NCBI GenBank assembly: GCA_051294905.1
Contig: CM119374.1
Span: 21,700,001-21,764,000, forward strand
From: Botryllus schlosseri
Taxonomy: Eukaryota
Direction: 5' to 3'
Length of the DNA stretch: 64,000 nucleotides
Of this stretch, positions 13,139-27,001 are shown one piece after another. Made by a program: the position numbers and the translations under genes. Below the pieces are notes generated by a model that was given only the letters and a program-made list of their open reading frames with translations, was not told where the DNA came from and searched no databases. The stretch's first letter is position 1. The number at the start of each line of letters is the position of its first letter.

Positions 13139-13990
13139 CATGCGTATTTCGACCAGAAGTGAGACATTATTAAAACTTTTTGTTAAAAACGTTACCTCCG
13201 CTCATTTGGGTTACCATGTCCCATCGTGTCCAAATCAGTGATATTTTCGCAATGGTCGCATAAAATATATAAATATTTAAAAATTCCAGATCATAGTTCA
13301 AATTCGAATCTAGTCTTGAGACATTTTAAATCTGAACCCGATCCAAAACCGACCAAAATCATCAAATCCGTCGTTCGGAAAGTTGAATCCAAATCGTCCT
13401 TATCTCTGGTTAGAATTTCGAAGAAAACTCGGTAAAGGTATGTGGCCGTACTTTCTGTGACTTATTCATATCTCGCAAAAATCCTAAACGCGTAATTACT
13501 GGTTGCCCGTGCCAATGAACTGCGCTGTCTCGTCACTTGAACAGTGTCAACCGCAACAAACCGCCACATTATGAATTTACAACTATGTGCAAGATTATTT
13601 GGTCACACGGTGTCATGCCACATCACTGCAGCGCTATTTACGATATTTTCAGTCCAACGACTGGGGAGCTTAAATAATATACGTTGCACTACACTAGAGA
13701 ATTAGATACCTGGATTTCCTTTCCATTGCTACATCCTTACGGGCGATTCCTTGAAATGTGATATGACACAGATTTCTAAATAGACCCAAGCATCCTGGCT
13801 GCTGACATTTCGTGCGCAGCGCTTTTCAATGACGCGACATGCGAATTCATTCATAGAATTGCCGCCACACATAGTGCGCGATCGGCAATTACTATACCGC
13901 GATCAGCAGAAATCAATTACGCAGGAGTGTGGCGTCATCATATCAAGAACAGGTAAGTTGAGGATTGGGAAGATGGCGTCACCATTGGAA

Positions 13991-15421
13991 GGGTGTCTTA
14001 ATTTTGTACATTGAAGCTAATGAAAAGCTGCTATAGCTAATTAAACAAGAAAGCATATGAAACGCTAATGAAGCTAATGAAAAGCTAATGAAACGATTGA
14101 AACAAGCTAATGAAAAAAGGAAACTAATGAAAAGCTAATGAAAAAGGAAGCTAATGAAAAGCTAATTAGGCTAATGAAACAAGTTAATGAAACAAGCTAA
14201 TGAAATGCTAATGAAGCTAATGAAGGAAGGAACATAATGAAACAAGCTAACGAAACTTCAGATATTGTGCACAATTTCCAACTTTGACTATGATCAATTA
14301 TATTTGGAACCACAACATATCGATAAACTTCGCTGATTGCGATTGCGACGCGTTTGTTGATTGGCGCTGAATTGGTATCTTTGAAATAAGAGCCGACGTC
14401 AATGCCATTCAAGTTTATGGATGAACTATGCTTCCAGCAACTTTCAGCCATCCTTTTCGGTTGGCCATATTATTGAAAATACTCGTGATACTCGAAATAA
14501 TTGTATCTAAAGGAAACGATCAATAATCTAAATTATAATCCGTCGGTCTTGATGTGAAGTTTATTTGTAAAATCATAATTACTGTCATGCCCGCAACCAA
14601 TATCCACGCGAATTCGGTTTACTAGACATATCACGTGCCGAGAAGGGTTGATCCAGTTTTGTAAGATGCGTTGATGAATTTGCACACATAACCATCCACA
14701 TTTTTAGGCGTGCTTTCACTTTTGCTGAAATTTCGGCTTGTAGCATAGCATTATGTTACTGGCGAAGAATCCAAAACTACATTCTCCACTCTCCAAAATT
14801 CGAATTGAGGAAAGTAAGCAGTTCTCTGTTTAGAAGTTACCGCATAGTACAAGAAGGCAAAGCATACTTGAGTGCACCGAATAGGTAGGAGAGCTTCGTC
14901 AGAGATCACTTCTGTATGTCTGTCGGTGCCGCCAAATCTTCCGGTAGTTTGCAGGATGCAGTTAGCGAAAAAAGGTCGCAAACCGCTGTGATAGGGTGTC
15001 GCGGACTATGTTTCATTTACAGAGGGTGCCGCGAGGTTGACAATTTTGACAACCACTGGTCTATCCGGATATGAATTGGCACCATTGCAATCATGATTCA
15101 AAAATCCCTATTTGAAATCGAATATCCAGATAATGGACTTACAATAAAACTCAAATCTGAATAATAAAACATATTATAAATCTAAATTTGATAACATTCT
15201 GAACGTGGATGTAACATTTTGGATTTAATAAATTCAGAATTATATGAGCAAAATCCCAATCTGGACTTATCTAATCCAATACCACATAAGCTCCCTTGTT
15301 TCATTAGCTTGTTTAATTAGCTATAAATTTTCATTGGCTTCATTTTTGCATTAGCTGGTTTCATTAGATTTTCATTAGCTTACTTGTTTTATTAGCTTCA
15401 ATGTACAAAATAAGGACACCC
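13991..15421. mobile_element. Non-autonomous MULE/foldback-type element
   Basis: Perfect 9-bp TSD CCATTGGAA (13982-13990, 15422-15430). Termini GGGTGTC / GACACCC, with long inverted ends made of GCTAATGAAA tandem units. Confidence 0.85.
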
Positions 15422-15560
15422 CCATTGGAATGGGGCTGGGTCGTGTTGCTCCCTGCCGTGTTATTTGGTGTAGATGAACCTAGTATTATTTGTCTATGTA
15501 TGTTACATCTGGTAGAAGTATGTTTCTAGGGTCAAACACAATAGATAGATCACGTACTGC

Positions 15561-15819
15561 TAGAGCTGGTCAAAGTAGTCATCGTTGCCACTCAAGTGGT
15601 AGTAAAACTAACAACGTAAATTCATACTCAAGTACGCGGAGACGTCGCGATTTTCAAGTAAGTATTCTAGCTCTATAGCTCTAGTTGTGGTTTTGGCTTT
15701 AAAAAGAACTCTGTGAAGTAGTAGTACTAGTCTGAAATGATCACCGCTTAGAGTGGAAGTATGCAAAACCAGTTGATTACTTAGACAAAGTAGAAGTACT
15801 TCTTTACTGACCATCTCTG
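15561..15819. mobile_element. hAT-like MITE (GTAGAAGTA family)
   Basis: TAGAGCTGGTCA / TGACCATCTCTG termini, with flanks CGTACTGC / CCTACTGC. Confidence 0.75.
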
Positions 15820-16979
15820 CCTACTGCAGATGACTTTATAGCCGTGGTTCCCAAATTCTTTTTGGCTCGTGGTACACTAGAAAAATTATAAAAAGATCAT
15901 CACGCCATATCAACTTATTTCTTTTATTCAATTGTTTCTGATTCACAATGAGCAAACAATGGGTCATCTACAACCGTAAGACTATAAAGTAGTCTACAAG
16001 GTGTAAAATGTCAAGTGGTAAGTTTACCGATAGTACAACAATACCAACGAAATGTAGTTTGCCACAAATATTTGATTTAGAAATCAATTTGAACAATTTT
16101 CGACCTAACACTACAATTTTGACAAAATTTTGACTTTTTTTGCAATGTCAAAAATAATTGCCCTACTGATGAGTTGTCCTATTTTTCTATCGCGGGTTTC
16201 TGTTGTTACTATTGCTCTATCGGTGGTCACGGGTCAATTTGGTCATCTTTGTCGCAGTTGCACCTTGCGCTACCCAATTCACAAGCATATAGTTCAGTTC
16301 AATGGTCAAATCGAACAATTTCGACGAGATTCTGTGGTGTTCGAAGGAAATGGTATTCGATATGTATTGAAAATGTCACAAGGCAGCTATTTCCGATATG
16401 TCACGTGGAAAATTTAATTCCCACTATGACGTGTAGACATATTATAGCATCTATTGCTGTACGATTGTAAGGCTGACGTATACGAGGAAAATTAGAAATA
16501 TTGGGACAGTGAGAATAATATTTCACAATGCATTTGAATCCAAATGTATTGCGCATGGATCGCGTTATCATTACGTTATATACTGTAGATATGTTTATTT
16601 TAGATAATTTATTTCGGAATGGGTTTAGCTAATAGTATCGTCTTTGGTGGTTCGGCTTATAGTCATCACTAGATATTGCTCTCTCGTTAATTCGCGACGC
16701 CACAGAGCAACTTCGAATGGAGAAACATCACATGAGTAATTTCGCAGTCTCACACCGTACGTTATTTTTGAAACGTACCGACCTGCATGCCCTAACGCGT
16801 GACTACTATGTATCATACATAGCCTACGTAGATTTGTTGATTGCTGCTAGGAATAAAATTTCAGGAAATACATGTGCATGTATTATATATGTAGGCATGG
16901 ACACTAGGGATGTCAGTTTACTGAACAGAAAACATAGGTAGAATATACAAAATGGAAAATAGTTCTTTTACTACATATA

Positions 16980-17639
16980 TTGGTAACGGTCAACAACCTA
17001 CTTTTATGGTCATCCCCACAATCTGATACCTACGACGATATCGTGAAACACTTGATGAAATCGACAACGTTCAGTTTCACAGTTCGCAAAGAAGCACTCG
17101 AGCCTTTCCGACACACCAGCGTCGAGCTACAATTCGATGGAGAGCCACGCTTTAAGGTAAACCGGTGGATTCCCGACAAAACGCCGTTTGTATCCGCAGT
17201 GTTCGGAGCACCCGCGGTCACGTACGCCGAATAAATCAAAGCAGCTCCGGCTTCCAATTGCGGACAAACATTCTGAAGGGCTAACAAAGACAAATCGAAG
17301 AGAGTGACTAAGAACTTGCTCGATGACCTAGAAGTGGAATATAAGCAGTGGGACACGAATTGCCGCGACCACGTCACAAAGGCTGTGTTGAAAGCCATGC
17401 AAGGATGGCAATATACCTCAAAACAAGAATGTCTAGACTTCATCAGGAGGGCGCGTACGGATGACGGCAGAATCGTGTCTTCTATGGCCATAATTTATGC
17501 ACTGATCATTTTTAATTTATCGACAAGCGCCATTTTTCTCAATATTAGCGTTTTGACATTTAGTCTGATATTCAGCCGCACCTGTCGCGCCATGGCCGCC
17601 AAATTAGTCACCTTGTCACCAAACACGCAAATATTTTGA
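16980..17639 (+). pseudogene. Full-length array paralogue with two in-frame stops
   Basis: ORFs 16980-17234 and 17304-17639 are in one frame, broken by TAA at 17232 and TGA at 17274. It retains FRHTSVEL and YKQWDTNCRDHVT but has no ATG at the expected start. Confidence 0.9.
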
Positions 17640-20600
17640 ACTGATATATTTTCAATAATGAGAGTGTTCTCCAGCGAATCAAATCAGCATTTGAGTGTAC
17701 TCATTTACCCGAACAAAATCCAGACTTGTAGATCACGTATACTGTGCATTGAGCGCCTTGTGTGGACGCAACCAGTAACGCCAATGATTGATTGAAACAA
17801 ACCTTCACACATCCCTATAATTATCTCAGAATTTTGCTAAAGAAAATGTTGTTTAGGCCAATGAACCAGTTCCTCATAAAACATCAACTACAAACTCAGA
17901 GACGAATTGATTTCTCTGGAGTATATTTTCCTATTACGAAGAGCAACGCCTCACCAAAGCTATTATACATACACAATACAATTTTATGAGTTTGAAGTAC
18001 AATTCAGGTTTAGATGAAGTTTGAACACATTCTGGGACACACTGACCATACATTTTGCGCAATGCATTCACGCCAAATTACCATATATGGCAAGCCATAA
18101 TTAACATTACAGATCAATTCCAATTATGATTGCCAATGTAGCCCACACATCACCTATAAGCATTGCTTATCCGAATGTCACAGTTGCCATAATGTTTATC
18201 GCGTTGCAGCATCGAGGCATGCGACAAAAATAACTTAGCTCACACGAGCTATGCCCGTCAGAAAACAACACCATGGAAGCGTTGATTAGGAATTCCCACC
18301 AGAAATATGGACATTACATCAGAACATATGAACTGAATTGACTGCTTTATATGGTATCAGTAAAGTTTTTACAATGTACTAGTGTGAGTGTTGTTCCAAT
18401 CATGTGCTATCAATAAAACGTGCGAGTTTCAAAGGTAATCATTCGCAGTAATATGAATCTATAGAATAATTATAGATTATAATGGAGTCATTGATACGAA
18501 ACCATCGAACGCGATTATAAGGGAATTTATCGGAAATGATTGTTAGCGGACGCAGGTATACTTGATTTATGCTTACTCTCAGTTACGCATACGGTCTACA
18601 TTTAACGGTCATTTTCATCCCATTTGTTACTCTACCACTGGTCCCAGAGGGTTTGTATTCGGGACCATGTATATTTTATAGTCATTATTGCTGTCTAAAA
18701 AGTTTCCACCGAATCAATATTGGACAATATTATATTAGTAGCTGGTTATTTGCTTGTTACTAGCTCTTAACATAGTGTCTGATATTTGATCATAAATCCC
18801 ATAAAGTGCTTTATAGAAGATTGCCAATTGTTATTGGTGAAATGGCGACCGATCACGGGTCACGCCCATGCCCGTTACACCGACAAAGGCACGGCAAGGG
18901 ATTTCTGAAACTGGAATTAGACAGGGTCACCTAATTCAGATACCTATGTTTAAAAGCCATTTGCTATTTCGGTACTGCGTCTCCAACTTCTTATTGTCCC
19001 TTTTGAGTTCCCATCTCTGAGCTTCATTCGCTGCATGTGCTTCCAATAACTAGCCTACCTAATCACATTGTAAATACTATCGTCCACAGTTACAACATCT
19101 ACGATATACATCATGAAGCCTTTGCGAATAATTTTCCTATCGCGACCTTTGCTTCATAATTATCGTTCAGTAACGGAGCACTGTTATCTCAAAAGCATTT
19201 CTTATGTATATAGAACGAATTTCACGCCCTCTATCATTACGTGTTGGTAATACGATCAGATAAGGCTTGGGGTACAATTAGACTGCATTGACACAATATC
19301 GCCTGTTAAAGTTGACCTATGTGTCCACTGTCCAGTCTCCTGCTGTAGTGTCGATTAGATTTCTGTCAATGTAAAAGTAGAAGCAAAATCGATACCGCAT
19401 ATAAAAATATAATGATGGTAGACCTTGTTATGATTGTAGGCAAACGATCAATTATAAAATGATGCATGACTTAACCGGTCGCTAGCAGCCTACCATCGTA
19501 GTACAGAAGTTTCCCGGGATAATCGCTCACTTCATCTCTCGCACATCATGAGTGACGAAAGTACATTATATAACAACTTCATTTTATTTATTGCATTTTC
19601 ATAGAGAATTAATTTGTTTATATGCAAATAAAACGTGTTCAATGCACAGATGCGAAATGTTAATCGGATCACAGCCGTTTATCCACAACATATCACATTC
19701 TTTGCATTTTATCTATCGCTATCTTCGCCTATGTGGTGGACCAATCGCGTATTTAGACAATTTTGACGCCATTTTTTAACGTTGTGTAGATTACAAATCC
19801 AGCTATCATCGATGAATATGTGGGTCCTCGGGCACGGGCTGTCTTCAGGCTCAACAGACACGGCTCTGTGACCATTTAAATAGACAAAATATATCGCGAT
19901 TGGTTTTGCTCTGCTTTGGATTTAATGTGGGAACCATCGAAAAAACTGATCCTTGAACCAAGAAGTCGAAACACAATCGTCGTTAGCAAAGAAATGCGAT
20001 GCATACAGAATACAAATCTCTGTCGACTGAGTAAAGCATATAACAGATATAATAAGTTCGCAGGATAAAGTAAAGGCCTGGACGACGTCCGTACTCTATT
20101 GATGTTGGTATTTCGACCTGACCACGTGTTCGCAATAATATCATAAATATCATATGGTATGATACATATGAATTTTTTATTATGATGAATATTCTCAAAA
20201 GCCTATGCCACTGCTCTTTTTTGCTGTAACCGTTTTCTACTGAAGATATCTCGGTAGGTCTATATGTATTACTTCGTGGATATTCAGCTGGGTTTTTGTT
20301 TACATAAACCATCAATTATACTGCAAAGCCATCAAGTCTTGCTTGGATTTTTCTCAACATTCGTCATGATCATTTGTGATATCACGCCGCTGCCGTTTAG
20401 CAGTCTGGACAGCATACCACGATGGTCGTGTATTAGTAACCTTAGACGTTTCTGAACTGAACTGAACCGATGCATGTTATTGCTCATCAATCGCGGCGAC
20501 AGGAATCTGGCTTGATGTTTACGGCGCCTTCCGATATGCGGATCAAGATATCTTTGTTTCATCCTCTGACAACCAAAGAGATATGATTGCGAAATAAGTA

Positions 20601-22773
20601 ATTATGTTACAATATCCCAGCATCGATAATAACGGACCCGGGCCACGTATATGATGTGAAAACTACTATCACTTCAGTGGACATGTGAAAGTGAAATGCT
20701 ACTGCTGCTAAAGCCTATTGAGGTGTCTTCAGTACCCTTCTCGCGATGAATGCTTCCGTTAGGTCACTTCTACACGCAAAATAATCGATTTTGCTTGATT
20801 GCACAGTGCACACCTACATTGGTCATGATGCAAAAATCTCAAACCTAATGATAAATAGATATGCAATTGAGACAGATTCCGACTCGTATGGTCAATTTTG
20901 CAAGTTGCGTTCATTTATCTATTGATGGGGGTGGCTATCTACCTATGCCCACAACAGTTGATAGTATAACATAAAATTATAAGAACCGGGTGACGATAGA
21001 GTCTAGAATATGTCATAGGAGAGTCGTGAAGTTCATTTTAATCTTCAATGTAACCGCGAGAGTGCTAAGTCTTGTTGTTTACATTGCGGGGAAGACGATT
21101 GTGATGATACAGCTCGAAAATGGTTTAAACAGTCTGATAACAACTAAAACAATAACATTCTCCTCTCTCGCTATACTCACGATGTACGATTCCAGACTCT
21201 TATGCGCACTTATGAGACACTGATGTATAATATTTATGCGATGAAGCCACATGCTCACGACAATTCCGTTGCCGCGCACCAAATGGGATGCTGCTACTTC
21301 GCATCTTTTCCGCCCCCCAATATTGCGGACTCACGTATATCCGATTTCACAAACGTAAATGTCGGTGTATGTAATTATTGTAATTATAATCACAAACATT
21401 TACCATTGATGTGTGAACTCGGTCTTTCTACACATGCCTGATATTATTACCATGGCTAAACGTGGTGATTTGCGGCGATGGATTGCGGGTCTGGATTTAA
21501 TCTCGATTGCTACACCAAATGTTCCGCGCACGAATTCACACTCTGCGTTCAAACTCAATATCAGTGTTATTCGTTTCAGAACATTCATAAAGTGACGGGG
21601 CAGGATGACGAATATTCAAAAATGATTATTAATTATGATTCGCACTAAAGCAGTGGATCGTAGTCTTTCTCTGACGCGACCCAAATCTTATCATATGAGA
21701 GGTGACCAGCAAATTACCACCATAAAGATACGCAAATTTCCAAACTACCACGACTAAAGCTGGCCCTGTTGTTTGTCCGGCTTGGTAAAATATTACCAAT
21801 ATCGCATCTAAAGCTACAGAAAAATGTCCTCAATTTCAATTGCTGGTATATTCCTGATGTACACCACGATGCCACCGTTTCGCTCGAATCATGGTTTGTT
21901 GGTTCGTTGTTGATAATTGCGAAATTGGACTCAAATATGCATTTGTCTGTCGTGTATAAATGTCTCATTACAAGAAGATGGCATTATACGAAAACCAACG
22001 AAATTATTTATTACAACAGTTGGGTACTGACAGTGAGGAGACAGCAAACTGTGACAACCGACAGCTGCGTTCCAGTTAAAATGACGTTCGGAATTTACTT
22101 TCAACTATTTTCTGCAAAATTTTATCAAAGGTTCTGTTATTAACGTATTTCCTCCTCGCTACACGTGCAGAGTCGTACACTCGTGTATCCATTTAATCAG
22201 CCGCGTGGAGAAACGGTACCAATACAAATTGCATGCGAGGTATGTCTCGATTCCGTTATTAGGTATACAATACTGTAAGAGAAATATTTGTAAATTTACC
22301 CGAGTTATACTGGTGAATTCGTCCCTTCGTTTATGTTCACAGTAAACGCCTGCTAATAAGAATAAGGGCAGGTGGAAACAGATTGGACTTACTGTATTGT
22401 TGGTACAAGAATTCCAGATTAAATTTGCACAAACAATTTACTGGATTTACAATATTTACGCCATTGCATTTTAAAGTTCGATAATTTTACATGTCTGCGG
22501 CCTTATTGCATATGTGATTTTCGCGGTTCTAAAAATTAAACAAACTAGGATATCGAAGGCCGAGCTGATATTTGAACACAGTGAACAGTGAACACTGGTA
22601 TTCGATAAATTATAATCGTGTACGTATTTTCATATGAGCAATTGAGAATTGAGCGTTGAGCAATATGCATACGGGAATGTGTGGTTTAGTTTATAGAGAA
22701 CAACTCTTGGAAATCCTTTTCTGCCTTCGTTCTGCGACATATGCCCATCGTCGATCTCTTCTGATTTGAGGCA

Positions 22774-23040
22774 ATGCTATCTTATCAACGGAATATTTTC
22801 ATTACGAGAAACACACGGGCTATGAATTCTGAAATTATAATAGCCAAATTTATGCTCAATCATGAAAAGGCACTATACATCCTTCGGGTTTACGACTACA
22901 TACCTTCGCGAATGATCTTTCTTACCAATTTGCATATCAGAACAACACTGTGCAACGGGGAATCCGAATTGCACCGTACTATTTCATCACGCGATACCGC
23001 AGATCGCAATAGAATCCAACGTGACGTCAAGTCGCTGTGA
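22774..23040 (+). pseudogene. Possible eroded paralogue (middle part)
   Basis: RNIFITRNTRAMNSEIIIAKFMLNHEKALY against RTIFKTQNKSESEAVIKELL and SKAVIDKLLGGDGEMLY. ADRNRI against EDRQRV. Confidence 0.3.
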
Positions 23041-23799
23041 CGTAAACTCACACCTATAGTGTATAGTAGCTACCACTGACTGCATACATCAGTGACTGAT
23101 TAAACGCCACTGCAATGATGCAATCGAATTATGCTGCAATTTCGTACTGTAACTTGGCATGATATTCATCATAAGTTTCCAGCGGCTACATAGCAGTGTA
23201 GCTACTATCTACGTGCTTTGCTCTACGTTTGCTACACGTGTGTTGTTTGTATTGAATTGGTAACTTGATTCTATCGCATCAAAAAGGGTCTGCTTCATCG
23301 TTTCCAGGGTGGGTAAGATAAACCTTTCTAAAAAATTTTTACCGATTGTATTATGTGTGTTGAGATGGTTCAATTGAGCATTTACGCAACGATGGCATGC
23401 ATCACACTTGCGATTTGCGCTAATTGACTGTACCTTTGTAACTATGCCGTAATCCACGTAATACCGAAAGTTTGTGACACAATGAGATATTTGCATGGCC
23501 TATGCGGTATGGAAATCTATTATTAAACTATCTGAGTTTCAAATCCGCAGTCGAACCATTATTGGGAAGAACTTAATTAATTGAGTCGCCGTGGCTATAC
23601 TCGTCATAACCGAGATTACTGGTGCCAACGGATGTTACCGTGATGCATGGCGGGGATACGGCGACACGTCAGCTGATTTGCGCACGCCTCCGAAACAGTA
23701 TGCTGCCGTTCGAGTGACTATGTACTTTATGAAACAAAAATCAGCAGTAGTAGTAAAAGGAAAATCGTGTTAATGGCGGATGTCACGTGGACAGCGTGA

Positions 23800-24039
23800 G
23801 TGGGAATGACATTTGAAATGTACTGTCGACAAAACTACTTTTTTAAAATAGCAGTTTCAATAATTTTGATGAAAATGGAGTTATATACGATTTTTGTGAA
23901 ATATCTGTTGATGATCGATTTGATTCCAGAATTATTGCCTTTCGCGTCTTCAATAACGGATGTCATAAACCGTGAGGCTACCTTTCTCGTTCACGGAACA
24001 TTTAATGTTGTCACCACTTCCATAGACACGTATGTATAG
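23800..24039 (+). pseudogene. Possible eroded paralogue (N-terminal part)
   Basis: GMTFEMYCRQN against SMTFAFTIRKEN, and LIPELLPFASSI against WIPDKTPFVSAV. Confidence 0.25.
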
Positions 24040-26551
24040 TTTTGAATTGATAGTAGTCATAAAATAGGATGAGTGTATAGTCAATATTTTGTATTCATGA
24101 CTTATACACTCCTAAGCCTATATGTCCGTGGGACATTTAAATAAAAATGAAAATACCACAGACAACAACAACGTGAGTATACACGCAACCACGTCTGTTC
24201 AGTACTCAAGCACTAACGCAGTTGAGATAAGTGGTCAAGTGGGTGCGTCTTTCCTTTATTTGGTGTGTCTCTACCTTGAGGTTTCATCATCATATCAGCT
24301 GCTATTTCTCGAACAAGGGAAAGTTTACAAGGGGAACTATTTTCATCATAGGTGATGTCATGCATTCCTGGAATTTCAAACTTACGACTAATGAGGTTTT
24401 GAGATATCGGAAACTGGATAATAGTTTGTAGCAAGATAAAATACTCATTTACCAGTGGAGATAAGTGAAATTCTCAGTAATACTTTTGATGAAGTGATTT
24501 TACCAAGATACATGGCTAGACTACCACACGCAGATGTATAGGTTTGTTTGTGGTCCAGAAAAGGTTCGACGTTGCGACTGGAAAGCACTCAAGATACGTG
24601 ACTTAACAGGCGCGCATGCGAAATTAAATTACGCACGAGCATTAGCATGGATCTCTGAGCCCAGCCTAGTGAATAAACTCTCAATATCATCTCAGAATGT
24701 GAAAGATTTTTCTAAGCACACCAGCTTGAACCCTTCGATTTCCAATACCCCGTGAAACTTACGCTCACCACCTTGAACTTGAAACAGAAAGTGTCAGCGA
24801 TTACGTTGTATAGTGATACCTGTTAGCCTACCTACCCATAAATGTATGAGAATATGGCATGCCGGTGTGTGTTGTCATGTTCCGGATATCCCATCAGTAT
24901 TTCAAGCATGTATCTCAATGCGACTCAGTAAATTACCTTGGTATGTGTAGCAAGTATACCATGTGTAAAATATACTGCGTCCTCACTAGAATTCTTTCGT
25001 GGATTATCGCAGTGTTATAAGTTATTGTACGGCCCTGCATACTGATGATGATATGCATTACTCAACGGCGATAAAAAACTTGCCTGTTGTGAATTGAATA
25101 TTTTTCAGGAAAATCATTTCCGAGAGAAAATTCTTGAAACTGTCGTCACGTAGGGACTGTGGAATTCGCCTGTTACGCGCGTTACTTCGATAATTTGTAA
25201 TCATTCCCGTGTTATTTACACGGAAATCAGTTATAGCGCGGCTTGAACCTGGCCTCAATTTCGTTACATACAACCGAAATCCACATTAAATGATTAAAGA
25301 ATCTACGGTTAAGTGCAAGTCCTATGTGGCCAGGACATGTACAATGTACATGTACATGTGCAACGAAAGGGTTCAAAAAATGTACAAAACATATTCAAAA
25401 AATGTGCAACGAAAGGGTTCAACAGCGCATGTGGTTCCCAAACTGTTTCAAACGCGACCCAAGTTCGAGCGTATACACGTTTTACAACCAAACCTCAATC
25501 CCCGAAAAACACATTTTTCATGTTATCATGCATCGTTTTTTCAGGCGTGTGTGAATAAAAAGGTGCAATTGAAAGCAGTTGTAGCAAGCCAGATGATGTT
25601 GATCAAACTAAAATACCTTCTATTTGCAACAAGTGGATCCGTTTTATTGAGCACAATTCTCACCTATATATACATAAGTGGTTACCATGCTTTGTATAGT
25701 CACATGCTCATTACAAGAAGATTTCAAGCTCAAGGACCTACATATGCTTAAAATTGACGCCAACCAATTATTATGCGAGACAATATATTGAACAGATTTA
25801 CCCGTGCCCCTTTGGACCATGTGAAATATTTCGATGGTTATTCTGCGTGATGTTTGGTGATTTCTACTAACCCATGATAGAGCGTTCTATTATAGTTCAA
25901 ATGCCAGGCAAATCTTAGTGTTACTTCAAACCTAATTTTGTAATGCAAGGGTCGGCATACGTCTTATAATCGGGGCGTATTGTCCAAACTGTATGTACTT
26001 GTCTACGCGGTCCGATTATTGGCGGCAAGGACCCAACGCAGCTGCAGCAGAGTTCGCGCGAATAATATTTGAAGAATGGCTTAACCCAGGGGCGGGCAAC
26101 TTCTCCAGTCAGCGGGCCGGATATAGGAAGATGAAGTACTTGGCGGGCCGGATTGCTGAATCGATACATTATTCGCCCGTTTATTCACATATACAAGGAA
26201 TAAATCGTATATATCAATGTATTGTAACGACAGCAACGTCACTTTAATGCCATTTCTCGCCGATAATGACGAAGACAATGTGGATTTGAGAATAGCATTG
26301 TCAAACAGGCGCCGCCATGTCTGCTTCTATCTGATCAATCAATCAACAATCCTTAATTAGGATTTCAAGGCGTTCAATAAGCCCGGTACCCGAAATTTAC
26401 CAATATATCAATTCATTAAGGTTGAGTAGGTGACGACATAGCGTCGTTGTTCAACTGTGTGGCCTAATTAATCTCGATATTGAATGCATGCCCGCGTCCT
26501 CTACGAAATTTGAAAGTGGCCCGCGACCCGTTCTGTGTTGGCGACCCATGG

Positions 26552-26690
26552 CATAAGCGGTGTCTTACAAAAGCCTATAGAAAAGTGTCGTGCTACAAGT
26601 CGGCGGTTACTGAATCAAAGATAAGAAATATCAGCTTGGTGTAAATGACCGTTGTATAGTCGACAAACACCATGATTACCACACACGACA
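26552..26690 (+). mobile_element. SINE family A, 3' fragment
   Basis: AAGCGGTGTCTTACAAAAGCCTA...TAGTCGACAAACACCATGA aligns with 41885-42010. Confidence 0.75.
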
Positions 26691-26725
26691 TTAGAGTTGA
26701 GTATATCGTAATACCGATAATGCAA

Positions 26726-27001
26726 GTTGTTGTTGCTTGTGGTATTCATAGTGTTTGTCGACTACTATGGTCATTTACACCAGGCCGATATTCCTTGTTT
26801 TTGATTCCGTATCTGCCGACTTGTAGCACGGTCCACTTCTAGGCTTTTTGTAAGACACCGCTTACGCGGATGAGATGGCGAGGAGGAGCCTAGATAAACC
26901 TCCAACACTCAAGTAGGAATTCTGGAGTCGACCTTGGTCGAACTCGAACCCACAACCCATTGGTGTTGTAGCAGTGGATTATACCACTACGCTATCTCGC
27001 C
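26726..27001 (-). mobile_element. SINE family A, full length
   Basis: The minus strand has A-box TAGCGTAGTGG, B-box GGTTCGAGTTC, the family body and a (CAA)n tail. Confidence 0.9.

Noticed and set aside
14010-14260. GCTAATGAAA array as a CRISPR array
   Set aside because: The units are about 10 bp with no unique spacers, there are no cas genes, the context is eukaryotic, and the array is mirrored at 15290-15400 as transposon arms.
17030-17491. 153-aa minus-strand ORF (also 54600-54929 and 38211-38498)
   Set aside because: These are antisense shadows of the plus-strand paralogues.
25290-25751. Cluster of overlapping ORFs
   Set aside because: They are explained by a short duplication (TGTGCAACGAAAGGGTTCAA, two copies) and a degenerate transposon end. 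No protein motif was found.
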